DNA of 64,000 nt from an uncultured Phycisphaerales bacterium (lineage in GTDB: Bacteria; Planctomycetota; Phycisphaerae; Sedimentisphaerales; Anaerobacaceae). Below are positions 38,266 to 47,724 of this stretch, piece after piece. The notes beneath the pieces are model-generated. The model saw only the letters and a list, made by a program, of their open reading frames with translations, made no database searches and had not been told where the DNA came from. The translations under genes and the position numbers were made by a program. Location: NCBI GenBank assembly GCA_963718665.1, contig OY970359.1, forward strand, positions 640,001-704,000, given 5' to 3'. The number at the start of each line of letters is the position of its first letter. Position 1 is the first letter of the stretch.

Positions 38266-39849
38266 ATGAGAAAATGCCTAATCCACAACAACAGATTTAT
38301 CGCAGAGACCACAAAGGCCGCGGAGATTATTTTTTGTTTTATTCTCTGTGGTATCGGCGCACTCGGCGGTGAAAGCAAAGCGGCCCCCGACAGCGGCATT
38401 CGAGGGCAGGTGGGCCTTGGGGGGATGGATAAATCGGTAGTAATGATACGCAGCGCGGGGCAGGAATTCGATTATATAACACCGTGGAAGCCGAAGGCGA
38501 TGAGTCAGGGGGTCGGGTCAGGGTTTATCATCGAGGGCAACAGAATTCTCACTAACGCGCACAACGTGAGCAACAACAAATACATTGAGATTCAAAAAGA
38601 GGACGTGGCGAAACGGTATCCCGCAAAGGTGGCATTCATCGGGCATGACTGTGACTTGGCGTTACTGACAGTTGAAGACAAGAGCTTTTTCGATGACACA
38701 AAAGCGCTTGAGCTGGCGGAACTGCCGGGCGTAAACACGGCGGTCGAGACATTCGGATTTCCAATGGGAGGCAGGCGCATATCGGTGACAAAGGGCATCG
38801 TATCACGGATACAGGTGGACACATATTCGCACACGGGGGCGGATTCACACCTTGTGATTCAGACAGACGCGGCGATAAACCCGGGCAATTCGGGCGGGCC
38901 GGTGATGCAGGACGGCAAGGTCGTGGGCGTGGCATTCCAGGGGCTGAGGCAGGCGGAGAACATCGGGTATATGATTCCGACGACGGTGATAAGACATTTT
39001 CTGGCGGACATCAACGACGGCAAATACGACGGGTTCGGGACATTAGGCGTGATGCTGTACCCGGGGCTGCATAACCCGGCATATAAGGATTATCTTAAAG
39101 TGCCGGCGGACCAGCAGGGAATTGTCGTGATTGATACGATAATGCACAGCTCAGTCGAATCGATTTTGAAATCGGGCGACGTGCTGACGCAGATTGATCA
39201 GTACGCAATCGACAATGACGGGAGAGTGGAAATATACGGGTTGAAGCTCGATATGTCGGAGGTGGTGGAGACAAAACAAATAGGGCAAACAGTAGAGCTT
39301 GCATTTTACCGCGACGGGAAACTTACAAAGGCGACGGCGACGGTTGCACTGAACAGGACTGTTTTTGAATTTGCGAGGCAATACGATATCGAGCCGGAAT
39401 ACGTTTGTTTCGGGGGGCTTGTATTTGTGCCGGCGACACGCAATTATCTCGAAACCTGGGGAGCCGAATGGATTATAGATGCGCCGTTTGAGCTGCGGTA
39501 CCTGTTCCACAATTCGATGCAGCTAAACAAGGACAGGGCAAGGAAGGAATACGTGGTGCTTTCGGAGATAATGCCGGATGAGATAAACGCGTACGCGGGC
39601 GGATTCAAAAGCCAGGTGGTCGAAAGCATAAACGGGACGACAATTGAAGGGCTTGCGGACGTGTGGAAGGCGTTCGATAAGCCGCCTGAGGGTTATTACA
39701 CGATTGCGTTTATGGGTATGGACCGGCCATTGATACTGGACGCGAAAGAGGCGCACACACAACAGGCGAAGATACTCACAAAATATGATATACCGCAGCA
39801 GATGCGATTGCCTTCGACCGGTTCCAACAAGAGGGAGGTACAACAATGA
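38266..39849 (+). CDS. Deg/HtrA-type serine protease with PDZ domains (Deg2/9-like)
   Basis: ILTNAH, DCDLA, AAINPGNSGGP; PEYVCFGGLVF second PDZ; start uncertain. Confidence 0.9.
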   Translation: MRKCLIHNNRFIAETTKAAEIIFCFILCGIGALGGESKAAPDSGIRGQVGLGGMDKSVVMIRSAGQEFDYITPWKPKAMSQGVGSGFIIEGNRILTNAHNVSNNKYIEIQKEDVAKRYPAKVAFIGHDCDLALLTVEDKSFFDDTKALELAELPGVNTAVETFGFPMGGRRISVTKGIVSRIQVDTYSHTGADSHLVIQTDAAINPGNSGGPVMQDGKVVGVAFQGLRQAENIGYMIPTTVIRHFLADINDGKYDGFGTLGVMLYPGLHNPAYKDYLKVPADQQGIVVIDTIMHSSVESILKSGDVLTQIDQYAIDNDGRVEIYGLKLDMSEVVETKQIGQTVELAFYRDGKLTKATATVALNRTVFEFARQYDIEPEYVCFGGLVFVPATRNYLETWGAEWIIDAPFELRYLFHNSMQLNKDRARKEYVVLSEIMPDEINAYAGGFKSQVVESINGTTIEGLADVWKAFDKPPEGYYTIAFMGMDRPLILDAKEAHTQQAKILTKYDIPQQMRLPSTGSNKREVQQ

Positions 39850-41363
39850 GAATCCTATCAATAAATCGTTTTGCTCTAATATTTCTGGTTGTGCTAAGCA
39901 TAACCGGCGTTTCAGCCAGGGCGGGAGAGGACCAGACACGCGAGGCGATGAAGGGGTCGATTGTATATCTGGAGATTTCATCATACGGTTACGACCAGAT
40001 ACGGCCGTGGAAAAATACCGATGTCCAGCAGAAAAGCGGAGTGGGCTGCGCGACGGGGGCATACCAGGTAATAACGCCGGCGTGGAACCTGACGGACGCG
40101 AAACTAATCAAGGCGAAGGTGTCGGGACAAAACGAATACATACCGGCGACGATAAAGACAATAGATTACGAGGTTGACCTTGCGCTGCTGGAGCTTGAGC
40201 CGAACGCAATGAAAAAGCCGTTGAAGCCGATAAGGTTCGAAGACAAGTTTCAGCGGGGAGCGAAGCTGAATTATTACTGGCTCAACACCAACGGGGAGAT
40301 GACCACGGGGCAGGGATATATGGACCGTGCGGAGGTGCTGCGCTCGACGGTTTCATACGCATATTTTTTGAATCTGATAGTTACGAATACATCGCAGGAA
40401 ACAGGAACAGGACAGGTTTTTTGTGACGGAGCAAATCCCATAGGGATTTCCTGCTGGAGCAAAAATACCACCGAGACGGGACTTATACCCGCAGTGATAA
40501 TCAACAACTTCCTTGCCAGAGCGAAAGACGGCAACTATCCCGGAGTGCCGGCGGTCGGGTTCACAACCGAGGCATTGCTCGACCCGACGACACGAGCATA
40601 TCTCAAGATACCCTCGACGATGAAAAACGGCGTGCAGGTTGCGAGCGTGTATAATATCGGGACGGGCAGCCCCTCGACTTCGCTCGGGACAGGCGATTCG
40701 CTGAAGGCGGGCGACGTGATTCTCACAATCGACGGCAAAGAGATTGACGCATACGGCAAATTCCAGTACCCGGCATACGACCGCATAATGTTCCATCATT
40801 TAATCACAAGTCACAAAGTCGGCGATGATATTGTTTTTGATATATGGCGAGACGGGGCTAAACAGCAGTTGCACGTGCAGGCGAAAAATTTCAACGTGGG
40901 CGAGATGCTTGCCCCCTACTACGAATACGGAGAGCAGCCGGAGTACGTGGTTACGGGCGGATTTGTGTTTCAGAAGCTGACGAGGCCATACCTGGCCAAC
41001 TGGGGCAAGGACTGGGAAGGTAAGGTTACGCCTCATTTGCTGCATTACTTCAGGGATATGGCGTTTAAGCCGACGGCCCAGCGCAGAGAGATTGTGATAC
41101 TGAGCTATGTTTTGCCCGCGCAGATAAACCTCGGCTATACCGACCTGTCCCAGATTGTCGTCAGCAAATTTAATGGTATGCCCATCAGCCGATTAAGCGA
41201 CATCGTCAAGGCGCAGAAGCTGAACCCAAGCGACAAATACGACGTCGTGGAATTCGAGCTGGATGAGCCGACGGTGGTCATACCGCGTCAGCAACTGCCA
41301 CAGGCGGACGCGATGATTGCGACGAACTACGGGATTCGCAAGGCGGTGAACGTTAAACAATAA
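39846..41363 (+). CDS. Deg-like paralog with degenerate catalytic triad
   Basis: Same architecture as the previous gene, but VITPAWN replaces LTNAHN and TSQETGTGQV replaces INPGNSGGP; abuts/overlaps the previous stop codon. Confidence 0.85.
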   Translation: MRILSINRFALIFLVVLSITGVSARAGEDQTREAMKGSIVYLEISSYGYDQIRPWKNTDVQQKSGVGCATGAYQVITPAWNLTDAKLIKAKVSGQNEYIPATIKTIDYEVDLALLELEPNAMKKPLKPIRFEDKFQRGAKLNYYWLNTNGEMTTGQGYMDRAEVLRSTVSYAYFLNLIVTNTSQETGTGQVFCDGANPIGISCWSKNTTETGLIPAVIINNFLARAKDGNYPGVPAVGFTTEALLDPTTRAYLKIPSTMKNGVQVASVYNIGTGSPSTSLGTGDSLKAGDVILTIDGKEIDAYGKFQYPAYDRIMFHHLITSHKVGDDIVFDIWRDGAKQQLHVQAKNFNVGEMLAPYYEYGEQPEYVVTGGFVFQKLTRPYLANWGKDWEGKVTPHLLHYFRDMAFKPTAQRREIVILSYVLPAQINLGYTDLSQIVVSKFNGMPISRLSDIVKAQKLNPSDKYDVVEFELDEPTVVIPRQQLPQADAMIATNYGIRKAVNVKQ

Positions 41364-41383
41364 AAATAATAAGGACGTGCAAT

Positions 41384-41503
41384 ATGTGTCAGACCTGCGG
41401 ATGTTCGCCCTGCGAGCTATGCGGGGCGCCGATAGAGGACGGGGTTTGCAGCGGTTGCGGCGAGCCGGCGGAAGAATGTGTCTGCATACCAAAGAAAGAA
41501 TAA
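41384..41503 (+). CDS. 39-aa Cys-rich metal-binding microprotein (metallothionein/Zn-finger-like)
   Basis: AAGGA RBS; MCQTCGCSPCELCGAPIEDGVCSGCGEPAEECVCIPKKE*, 9 Cys. Confidence 0.8.
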   Translation: MCQTCGCSPCELCGAPIEDGVCSGCGEPAEECVCIPKKE

Positions 41504-41643
41504 GCTTATTGATTATTGATGAGTGATTATTGATACTGCAAACACTCAACAGATGGAATATACGTTTTCAAATTATCAATAATCAATAACCAATTATCAA
41601 TTTCATTGACAGTAGTCCCGCTAAAAGTTACCTTATTTGACTT

Positions 41644-43656
41644 ATGAAAGTTCTATTAAGCTGGCTTAAGGATTATGTTGATATCGAGCTGTCGGCGCAG
41701 GAGGTCGCGGAGATTCTAAGCAATCGCGGATTCCCATACGAGGGTATCGAGCAACTCGATAATGACACGGTAATCGACGTTGAGGTAACGAGCAACCGGG
41801 GCGATTGCCTTGGGTATATCGGCATCGCGCGTGAGCTTGCCGCAGCGACGGGCAAAGAATTGAAACTGCCGAAGGTTGAACTTGCGGAATCATCGAAGCC
41901 GGCGTCGGAATTCGCGAGCGTTGAGATTCGCGAGCCGGGATTGTGCCAGCGTTATACGGCGAGAATTATCGAGGGGGTTAAGGTTGGGCCGACGCCTGAC
42001 TGGATGCGCAAACGGCTTGAGGCGATTGGGATGCGGAGCGTTAATAACGTTGTTGACGCGACGAACTACGCGATGATGGAGACGGGACAGCCGCCGCACG
42101 CGTTTGATTACAAGAAATTATTCGGCGGCAAAATTATCGTTCGCAAAGCACAAGCAGGCGAGCAAATCATCAGTATCGACGGCTCGAAATGCGAATTGAC
42201 TTCCGATATGCTCGTAATCGCCGACTCGAAATATCCGGTCGCGGTGGCGGGTGTTATGGGAGGACTTGATACGGAAGTAAGCGACGCGACAACAACGATA
42301 CTGCTTGAGGACGCATTTTTCTCGCCGTTGAGCGTACGGACGACATCTCGCAATTTGTCGCTGCCATCGGAGGCGGCGTTTCGGTTTTGCAGAATCGTAG
42401 ATATCGAGAATATCGACTGGGCATCGAAGCGAACCGCTCAACTGATGATTCAGGTATCGAGCGGCAAAGCAGCGAAAGGCGTTATCGACGCGTACCCGGG
42501 AAAGCCAAAACCAAAACAGGCGATGCTGCGTTTGGCGCGATTGAAAAAGCTGCTTGGTATCGATGTGCCGAATAACACGGTAATCCAGATTCTGACAAGA
42601 TTAGGTTTCCAGCCAAAGCAAAACGGCGAGCAGATAACCTGCTCGGTGCCGACGTGGCGAAACGATGTTTACCGCGAGGCGGATTTGATTGAGGAGGTCG
42701 CCCGCGTATATGGTTACGACAAAATACCGACGGAAAACGCGATAACGATTGAGGTTTCGCCGACCGATACCCGCAAGAAAACAATCGACGCGATAGGGAC
42801 ATACCTTACGGGATGCGGATTTTACGAGACGGTAACAATCAGCTTTATCGACAGCAGGGACGCGGAGCTGTTCGCTCAAAACGAAGATAAACGGCATTTA
42901 TCAGTCAAGGACGTTACGAGAACCGGGACGAATCTTCTCAGGCAAAGTGTTTTGCCTTCGCTGTTCGGCGTAATCAAAACCAATCACAACGTAGGCAACA
43001 CCCCCTGCCGGCTCTTTGAGATAGCAGACACCTATACACCAGCACAAGCAGGAAAGTTACCCGTTGAAAAGACACGTCTGACGATTACCTGCGACAGCGA
43101 TTTCAGGGACATCAAGGGCGTTGTCGATGGCTTGCTGAAAACAATAGCGGCAGATGCAGTTGTCAAATTTGAGCCAACGGAAATCAACTGGGCACAGGCG
43201 GGCGTAAAAGTCCTCGCCAATAACAAGCAGGTCGGCTTAGTCGGAATGGCATCGCAGCAAGTCCTTGACAGATTCGACTTCAAAAACACAACAATCTGCG
43301 GAGCGGAATTGGACCTCGAAGGATTACTTTCACTTCGGGCCGGCGTAGTAAAGGTTAAGCCATTATCCAAATTCCCCGCGATAAAACGAGACCTTTCGCT
43401 ATTGGTAAACGAGGACGTTGTCTGGGCGGATATCGAAGCCGGCGTAAACAAGAAGGCCCCTGCTGAATTAGAGGAATTGCAGTTTGTGGATATATTCCGC
43501 GGCAAAAGCATACCCGAAGGCAAAAAGAGCGTAACGCTTTCGTTATGGTTCCGCGACGCCGATGGCACACTGACCCACGAAGCCGTCGATGGCTTCCAGA
43601 CCAACATTCTGAAATCGCTGACCGAATCCATTGGCGCAGAATTAAGAACCGCGTAA
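41644..43656 (+). CDS. pheT: Phenylalanine--tRNA ligase beta subunit (short form lacking the B2 OB domain)
   Basis: TSNRGDCL, NNVVDATNY, DLIEEVARVYGY, FPAIKRDLS FDX-ACB domain; 670 aa. Confidence 0.96.
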   Translation: MKVLLSWLKDYVDIELSAQEVAEILSNRGFPYEGIEQLDNDTVIDVEVTSNRGDCLGYIGIARELAAATGKELKLPKVELAESSKPASEFASVEIREPGLCQRYTARIIEGVKVGPTPDWMRKRLEAIGMRSVNNVVDATNYAMMETGQPPHAFDYKKLFGGKIIVRKAQAGEQIISIDGSKCELTSDMLVIADSKYPVAVAGVMGGLDTEVSDATTTILLEDAFFSPLSVRTTSRNLSLPSEAAFRFCRIVDIENIDWASKRTAQLMIQVSSGKAAKGVIDAYPGKPKPKQAMLRLARLKKLLGIDVPNNTVIQILTRLGFQPKQNGEQITCSVPTWRNDVYREADLIEEVARVYGYDKIPTENAITIEVSPTDTRKKTIDAIGTYLTGCGFYETVTISFIDSRDAELFAQNEDKRHLSVKDVTRTGTNLLRQSVLPSLFGVIKTNHNVGNTPCRLFEIADTYTPAQAGKLPVEKTRLTITCDSDFRDIKGVVDGLLKTIAADAVVKFEPTEINWAQAGVKVLANNKQVGLVGMASQQVLDRFDFKNTTICGAELDLEGLLSLRAGVVKVKPLSKFPAIKRDLSLLVNEDVVWADIEAGVNKKAPAELEELQFVDIFRGKSIPEGKKSVTLSLWFRDADGTLTHEAVDGFQTNILKSLTESIGAELRTA

Positions 43657-43985
43657 CTTCCAAAATCACCACAAAAAGATTTTACTGCAGAGACCGCAGT
43701 TGTTCATTGTTGTTCTTAGTTGTTCCTTGTTGTTGCACACTGTTGACGTGAGCATCTTCAGGCGTCTTTTCTAAACTCATCTGAAATCACAGCAACTCAA
43801 CACCAGCATTTCAAAGGGTTTAACGTCAGGTAAAAATTCCTTTGGAGAAATTATCAAGTGAAAGCCGATTCATTCTGCGCAGACCCGATAGAATCGGGCC
43901 TGCTACGAAGAATGAAATAGGCGAAGAAGGTAGTTACAAGGTCCGAAAAAAGCAGACGCGACAAGTTAATAAGGGGCGATTTTGC

Positions 43986-44014
43986 TTGCCTTTTTCTTTG
44001 AAAAAACGTATAAG
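43986..44014 (+). promoter_or_regulatory. Sigma70-type promoter of 6S RNA
   Basis: TTGCCT-N17-TATAAG. Confidence 0.6.
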
Positions 44015-44027
44015 TAAATATAGCAGG

Positions 44028-44209
44028 CACCCCTGCGGTGTTTGGTATAGAAAGCCATATTTGAAAAAACCGATACCCTTAACCCTGGGAAATCAGGCCT
44101 TGAGGCCCGAAAACGCCTATTGAACTTGGACTTTCGGACACAAGCAACGATTGCCCACCTGAAATTAATGGGTCTTTCCAATTCGCTTTCTTACGGCATC
44201 TGCGGAGGT
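44028..44209 (+). ncRNA. ssrS: 6S RNA
   Basis: About 180-nt rod: 5' CCCCTGCGGTGTT...AGAAAGC pairs with 3' GCTTTCT...CGGCATCTGCGG; central bubble with CCTGGGA and CCCACCT; downstream of pheT; own promoter and terminator. Confidence 0.78.
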
Positions 44210-44225
44210 AAAACCTCCTAGAGAG

Positions 44226-44256
44226 AAGGGCCTGTTTACAACAGGCCCTTTTTTTG
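44226..44256 (+). terminator. Intrinsic terminator after 6S RNA
   Basis: AAGGGCCTGT-TTACA-ACAGGCCCTT plus T-run. Confidence 0.9.
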
Positions 44257-44371
44257 TCCCCTACAAGGCATCGGAGGGTGTATTTCAGGGTTTTTAGCGT
44301 TAAGCGGGGGTGTATTTTGGCCGATTATATGGGGGGTGTAAGTGTTTACGCTAATTAGCTTTATGGGACGG

Positions 44372-44395
44372 TCGGCGGGGTAAACCCCGCCCTAC
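44372..44395 (-). repeat. GTAG-type REP palindrome
   Basis: Minus strand GTAGGGCGGGGTTTACCCCGCC. Confidence 0.6.
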
Positions 44396-44437
44396 AACTG
44401 AAATGAAAAAGAGTTGCAACGCTGAGAAGAGGTGAAA

Positions 44438-47056
44438 ATGCTTAAGATTCGTAACTACACGGTCCTGCCGGCGCTGCCTGAGGCTTTGACTGACCTTCAG
44501 GCAATCGCGGTAAACCTGTTCTGGTCATGGAACCCTGAATCTATTGATTTATTTTCGCGGATTGACCCGGCACTGTGGCAGAGCTGCGGGCATAATCCGG
44601 TCAAGCTGTTAGGCAGCGTTCCACAGGAACGGCTCAACGCGCTGGCGGAAAACCAAGGATTTATCGCTGAATTGAAAAAGGCGTCGGAGAAACTTCAATC
44701 ATATCTCGAAGGGCCGACGTGGTTTGATTCGGTATGTCCCGAATCGACGAAAATGACGCTGGCGTATTTCAGTGCGGAGTTCGGGATTCACGAATGTCTG
44801 CCGATTTACGCGGGCGGCCTGGGGATACTCGCGGGCGACCATATCAAAAGCGCATCGGACCTCGGTATCCCGTTAGTCGGCGTGGGGCTGATGTATCAAA
44901 AGGGTTATTTCCGTCAGTATCTCAACGTTGACGGCTGGCAGCAGGAGGCATACGTTGAGAACGACCTTTATAATATGCCGCTTGAACTGGTGCGCGGCAA
45001 AGACGGGCAGCCGTTGACAATCAGCGTGGAGTACCCGGGCAGAGCGGTATTCGCCCAGATATGGCTCTGCTCGGTGGGACGCACCAAGTTATATATGTTA
45101 GACACAAACCTGCCGAATAATTCCGCGACCGATCGGATGATTACGACGACGGTTTACGGCGGCGATACGGAGATGAGAATTCGCCAGGAACTTATGATGG
45201 GCATCGGCGGTATGCGTGCGCTTTACGCGATGGGCATCAAGCCGACGGTATGCCATCTTAACGAAGGACACACCGCATTTTCAGCTCTCGAACGAATGCG
45301 ATACATAATGAACGAGACAAAAGTATCCTTTGACGAGGCGTTCGAGGCAGTAAAGGCAGGGACAATTTTCACGGTGCATACGCCGGTCAGGGCCGGTGTT
45401 GACGAATTCAGCACGGAGCTGATGCACAAATACTTCGACAGTTATGCGCCATCGCTTGGAATAGACGCGAGACGGCTGATTTCCTTAGGCAGGATACTGC
45501 CGGATGACGAGGGCGAACCGTTCAAGATGCCTGTGCTGGCGATACGGGCCAGCAGTTACGCAAACGGCGTCAGCGAGCTGCACGGGCAGGTATCGCGCGA
45601 GATATGGTCGTGCCTGTGGAGAAGGGTTCCGACAAACGAGATTCCCATATCGTCAATCACCAACGGCGTGCACACAAGAAGCTGGCTTTCGGAGGAAATA
45701 GGCCGGCTGTATGAAAGATACATGGGACCAAACTGGGCGGATGAAAAAGTCGATTCGCCGGTATGGAACAATGTTGAGCAGATATCCGACGAGGAGTTCT
45801 GGAGATGTCATCAGCGATGCAAGGAACGGCTGATAGCGTTTGCCCGCAGGCGTCTGAAGGCGCAGATGGAAAGAAGAGGGACGTATCACAGCGAGCTAAA
45901 CCAGGCGGAAGAAATGCTCGACCCGGAGACATTGACAATCGGTTTCGCGAGACGTTTCGCGACGTATAAGAGGGCAACTTTGCTGTTCAGAGACCCCGAC
46001 CGACTGGCGAAAATGCTGACCGACACCAAAAGGCCGGTGCAGTTCATATTCGCGGGCAAGGCGCATCCGCGGGACAGCGAGGGCAAAGACCTTATCCGTG
46101 AAATCATGCATTTTGCGGAGAAGTTCGACGTAAGACGCCGGATAGTATTCCTCGAAGATTACGACATCAACGTCGCCAAGATGTTAGTGCAGGGCGTTGA
46201 CGTATGGCTGAATAACCCGAGAAGGCCGCTGGAAGCGAGCGGGACAAGCGGAATGAAGGCGGCGATAAACGGCGTGCTGAATATGAGCACGCTTGACGGG
46301 TGGTGGTGCGAGGGCTACAAACCCGATAACGGCTGGGCAATCGGCTCAGGCGAGGTATATGACGACGCCAACTACCAGGATACGATCGAGGCACAGGCGA
46401 TTTATAATATGTTCGAAAATGAAGTTGTGCCTCTGTACTATACCCGCTCGGCAGACAATCTGCCGCGGGCGTGGATATACCGTGCGAGAAAATCGATGAG
46501 ACGACTGACGCCCCAGTTCTGCACATCAAGAATGGTAAGCGAATATACGCAGCGATGCTATCTGCCCGCGCAGGCAAGATGGGACTATATGGTCAGTGAC
46601 AATATGAGCAGGGCAAAAACCCTTGCCTCGTGGAAGGCAAATACGCAGAGGGCGTGGTCGGAGCTGTTTATTAAAGACGTGAACGTGGAGATGGGCAACG
46701 GCGAAGGCGGAAATGCACTGGACGCCCAAAATCCGCAGCTAAAAGTCGGCTCAAAGCTTAAGGTTAACGCCGTCGTCAAGCTCGGCAGATTAAAACCGGA
46801 TGACATTTCGGTAGAACTATATCACGGCCCGCTGGACTCCCGCGGCAATATCATCGATGGGGAAGTAATCCAGATGGATTACAAAAAATCCACAGGCGTT
46901 GACAACGAGCATTTGTTCTGCGGGCTGACGCCCTGCTGTGCTTCAGGACGCAGAGGCATAGCGGTGCGAGTTGTTCCGAAAAACAAGGATTTGGCAACGG
47001 CTCACGAGCTTGGGCTGGTTCTGTGGGAATCACATACCGAACAGGGTAACGAGTAG
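44438..47056 (+). CDS. glgP: Alpha-glucan (glycogen) phosphorylase
   Basis: AYFSAEFG, GGLGILAGD, HLNEGH, GFARRFATYKRA, EASGTSGMKA. Confidence 0.96.
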   Translation: MLKIRNYTVLPALPEALTDLQAIAVNLFWSWNPESIDLFSRIDPALWQSCGHNPVKLLGSVPQERLNALAENQGFIAELKKASEKLQSYLEGPTWFDSVCPESTKMTLAYFSAEFGIHECLPIYAGGLGILAGDHIKSASDLGIPLVGVGLMYQKGYFRQYLNVDGWQQEAYVENDLYNMPLELVRGKDGQPLTISVEYPGRAVFAQIWLCSVGRTKLYMLDTNLPNNSATDRMITTTVYGGDTEMRIRQELMMGIGGMRALYAMGIKPTVCHLNEGHTAFSALERMRYIMNETKVSFDEAFEAVKAGTIFTVHTPVRAGVDEFSTELMHKYFDSYAPSLGIDARRLISLGRILPDDEGEPFKMPVLAIRASSYANGVSELHGQVSREIWSCLWRRVPTNEIPISSITNGVHTRSWLSEEIGRLYERYMGPNWADEKVDSPVWNNVEQISDEEFWRCHQRCKERLIAFARRRLKAQMERRGTYHSELNQAEEMLDPETLTIGFARRFATYKRATLLFRDPDRLAKMLTDTKRPVQFIFAGKAHPRDSEGKDLIREIMHFAEKFDVRRRIVFLEDYDINVAKMLVQGVDVWLNNPRRPLEASGTSGMKAAINGVLNMSTLDGWWCEGYKPDNGWAIGSGEVYDDANYQDTIEAQAIYNMFENEVVPLYYTRSADNLPRAWIYRARKSMRRLTPQFCTSRMVSEYTQRCYLPAQARWDYMVSDNMSRAKTLASWKANTQRAWSELFIKDVNVEMGNGEGGNALDAQNPQLKVGSKLKVNAVVKLGRLKPDDISVELYHGPLDSRGNIIDGEVIQMDYKKSTGVDNEHLFCGLTPCCASGRRGIAVRVVPKNKDLATAHELGLVLWESHTEQGNE

Positions 47057-47070
47057 CCGACGAAACTAAT

Positions 47071-47529
47071 TTACTCGTTTTCCTTGTTGGCGAAAAGCTC
47101 GCAAACCTCATTGGCGGAAGAGGCCTTCTGGAGCTTGTTCCTGAACGCCTCATCGAGCATCAATCGGCTTATACGGGCAAGCGCCTGAATATGCGGGCCT
47201 GTCTGGTCAAGTGGCGATAACAGCAGGATGACGATACTCACGGGCTTGTTGTCAACACTGTCAAAATCGATGGGCTGCGCGGCAATTCCCAGAGCAATCA
47301 CCAGCTCCTTTACAGCGTTGCATTTGCCGTGGGGAATCGCTATGCCGGAACCGATGCCTGTGCTTCTGACCTGCTCACGATTGAGAACGGCCTGGAGAGC
47401 AACATCTCTATTCAGCAGCAATTTGCCGGTGTCAAGGAGATTGACAAGCTCCGTTATGACCGACTGCTTATCCTTGCCCACGAGGGGCACCTTTACTAAA
47501 CTCGGCTGTAAAATCTGTGAAAGAATCAT
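47071..47529 (-). CDS. PTS EIIA (fructose/nitrogen-regulatory type) protein
   Basis: REQVRSTGIGSGIAIPH, DFDSVD, HIQALARISR. Confidence 0.92.
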   Translation of the reverse strand: MILSQILQPSLVKVPLVGKDKQSVITELVNLLDTGKLLLNRDVALQAVLNREQVRSTGIGSGIAIPHGKCNAVKELVIALGIAAQPIDFDSVDNKPVSIVILLLSPLDQTGPHIQALARISRLMLDEAFRNKLQKASSANEVCELFANKENE

Positions 47530-47724
47530 TTTTACCGCCCATAAACAGATTATATTACCCAAACGTCCCGAAGGGGGGAATAATACCAACTCAAAAGCCA
47601 TAATGCAACAAGCAACCTGTTATTTTGAGCAACCTTATGCAAATTTTTACAGGGCATTCGCGTCGCAAATCACCCGCTTATCGCCCTTTACATATCGACG
47701 AGGGGGGGCTAAAATAAAGCCGCT

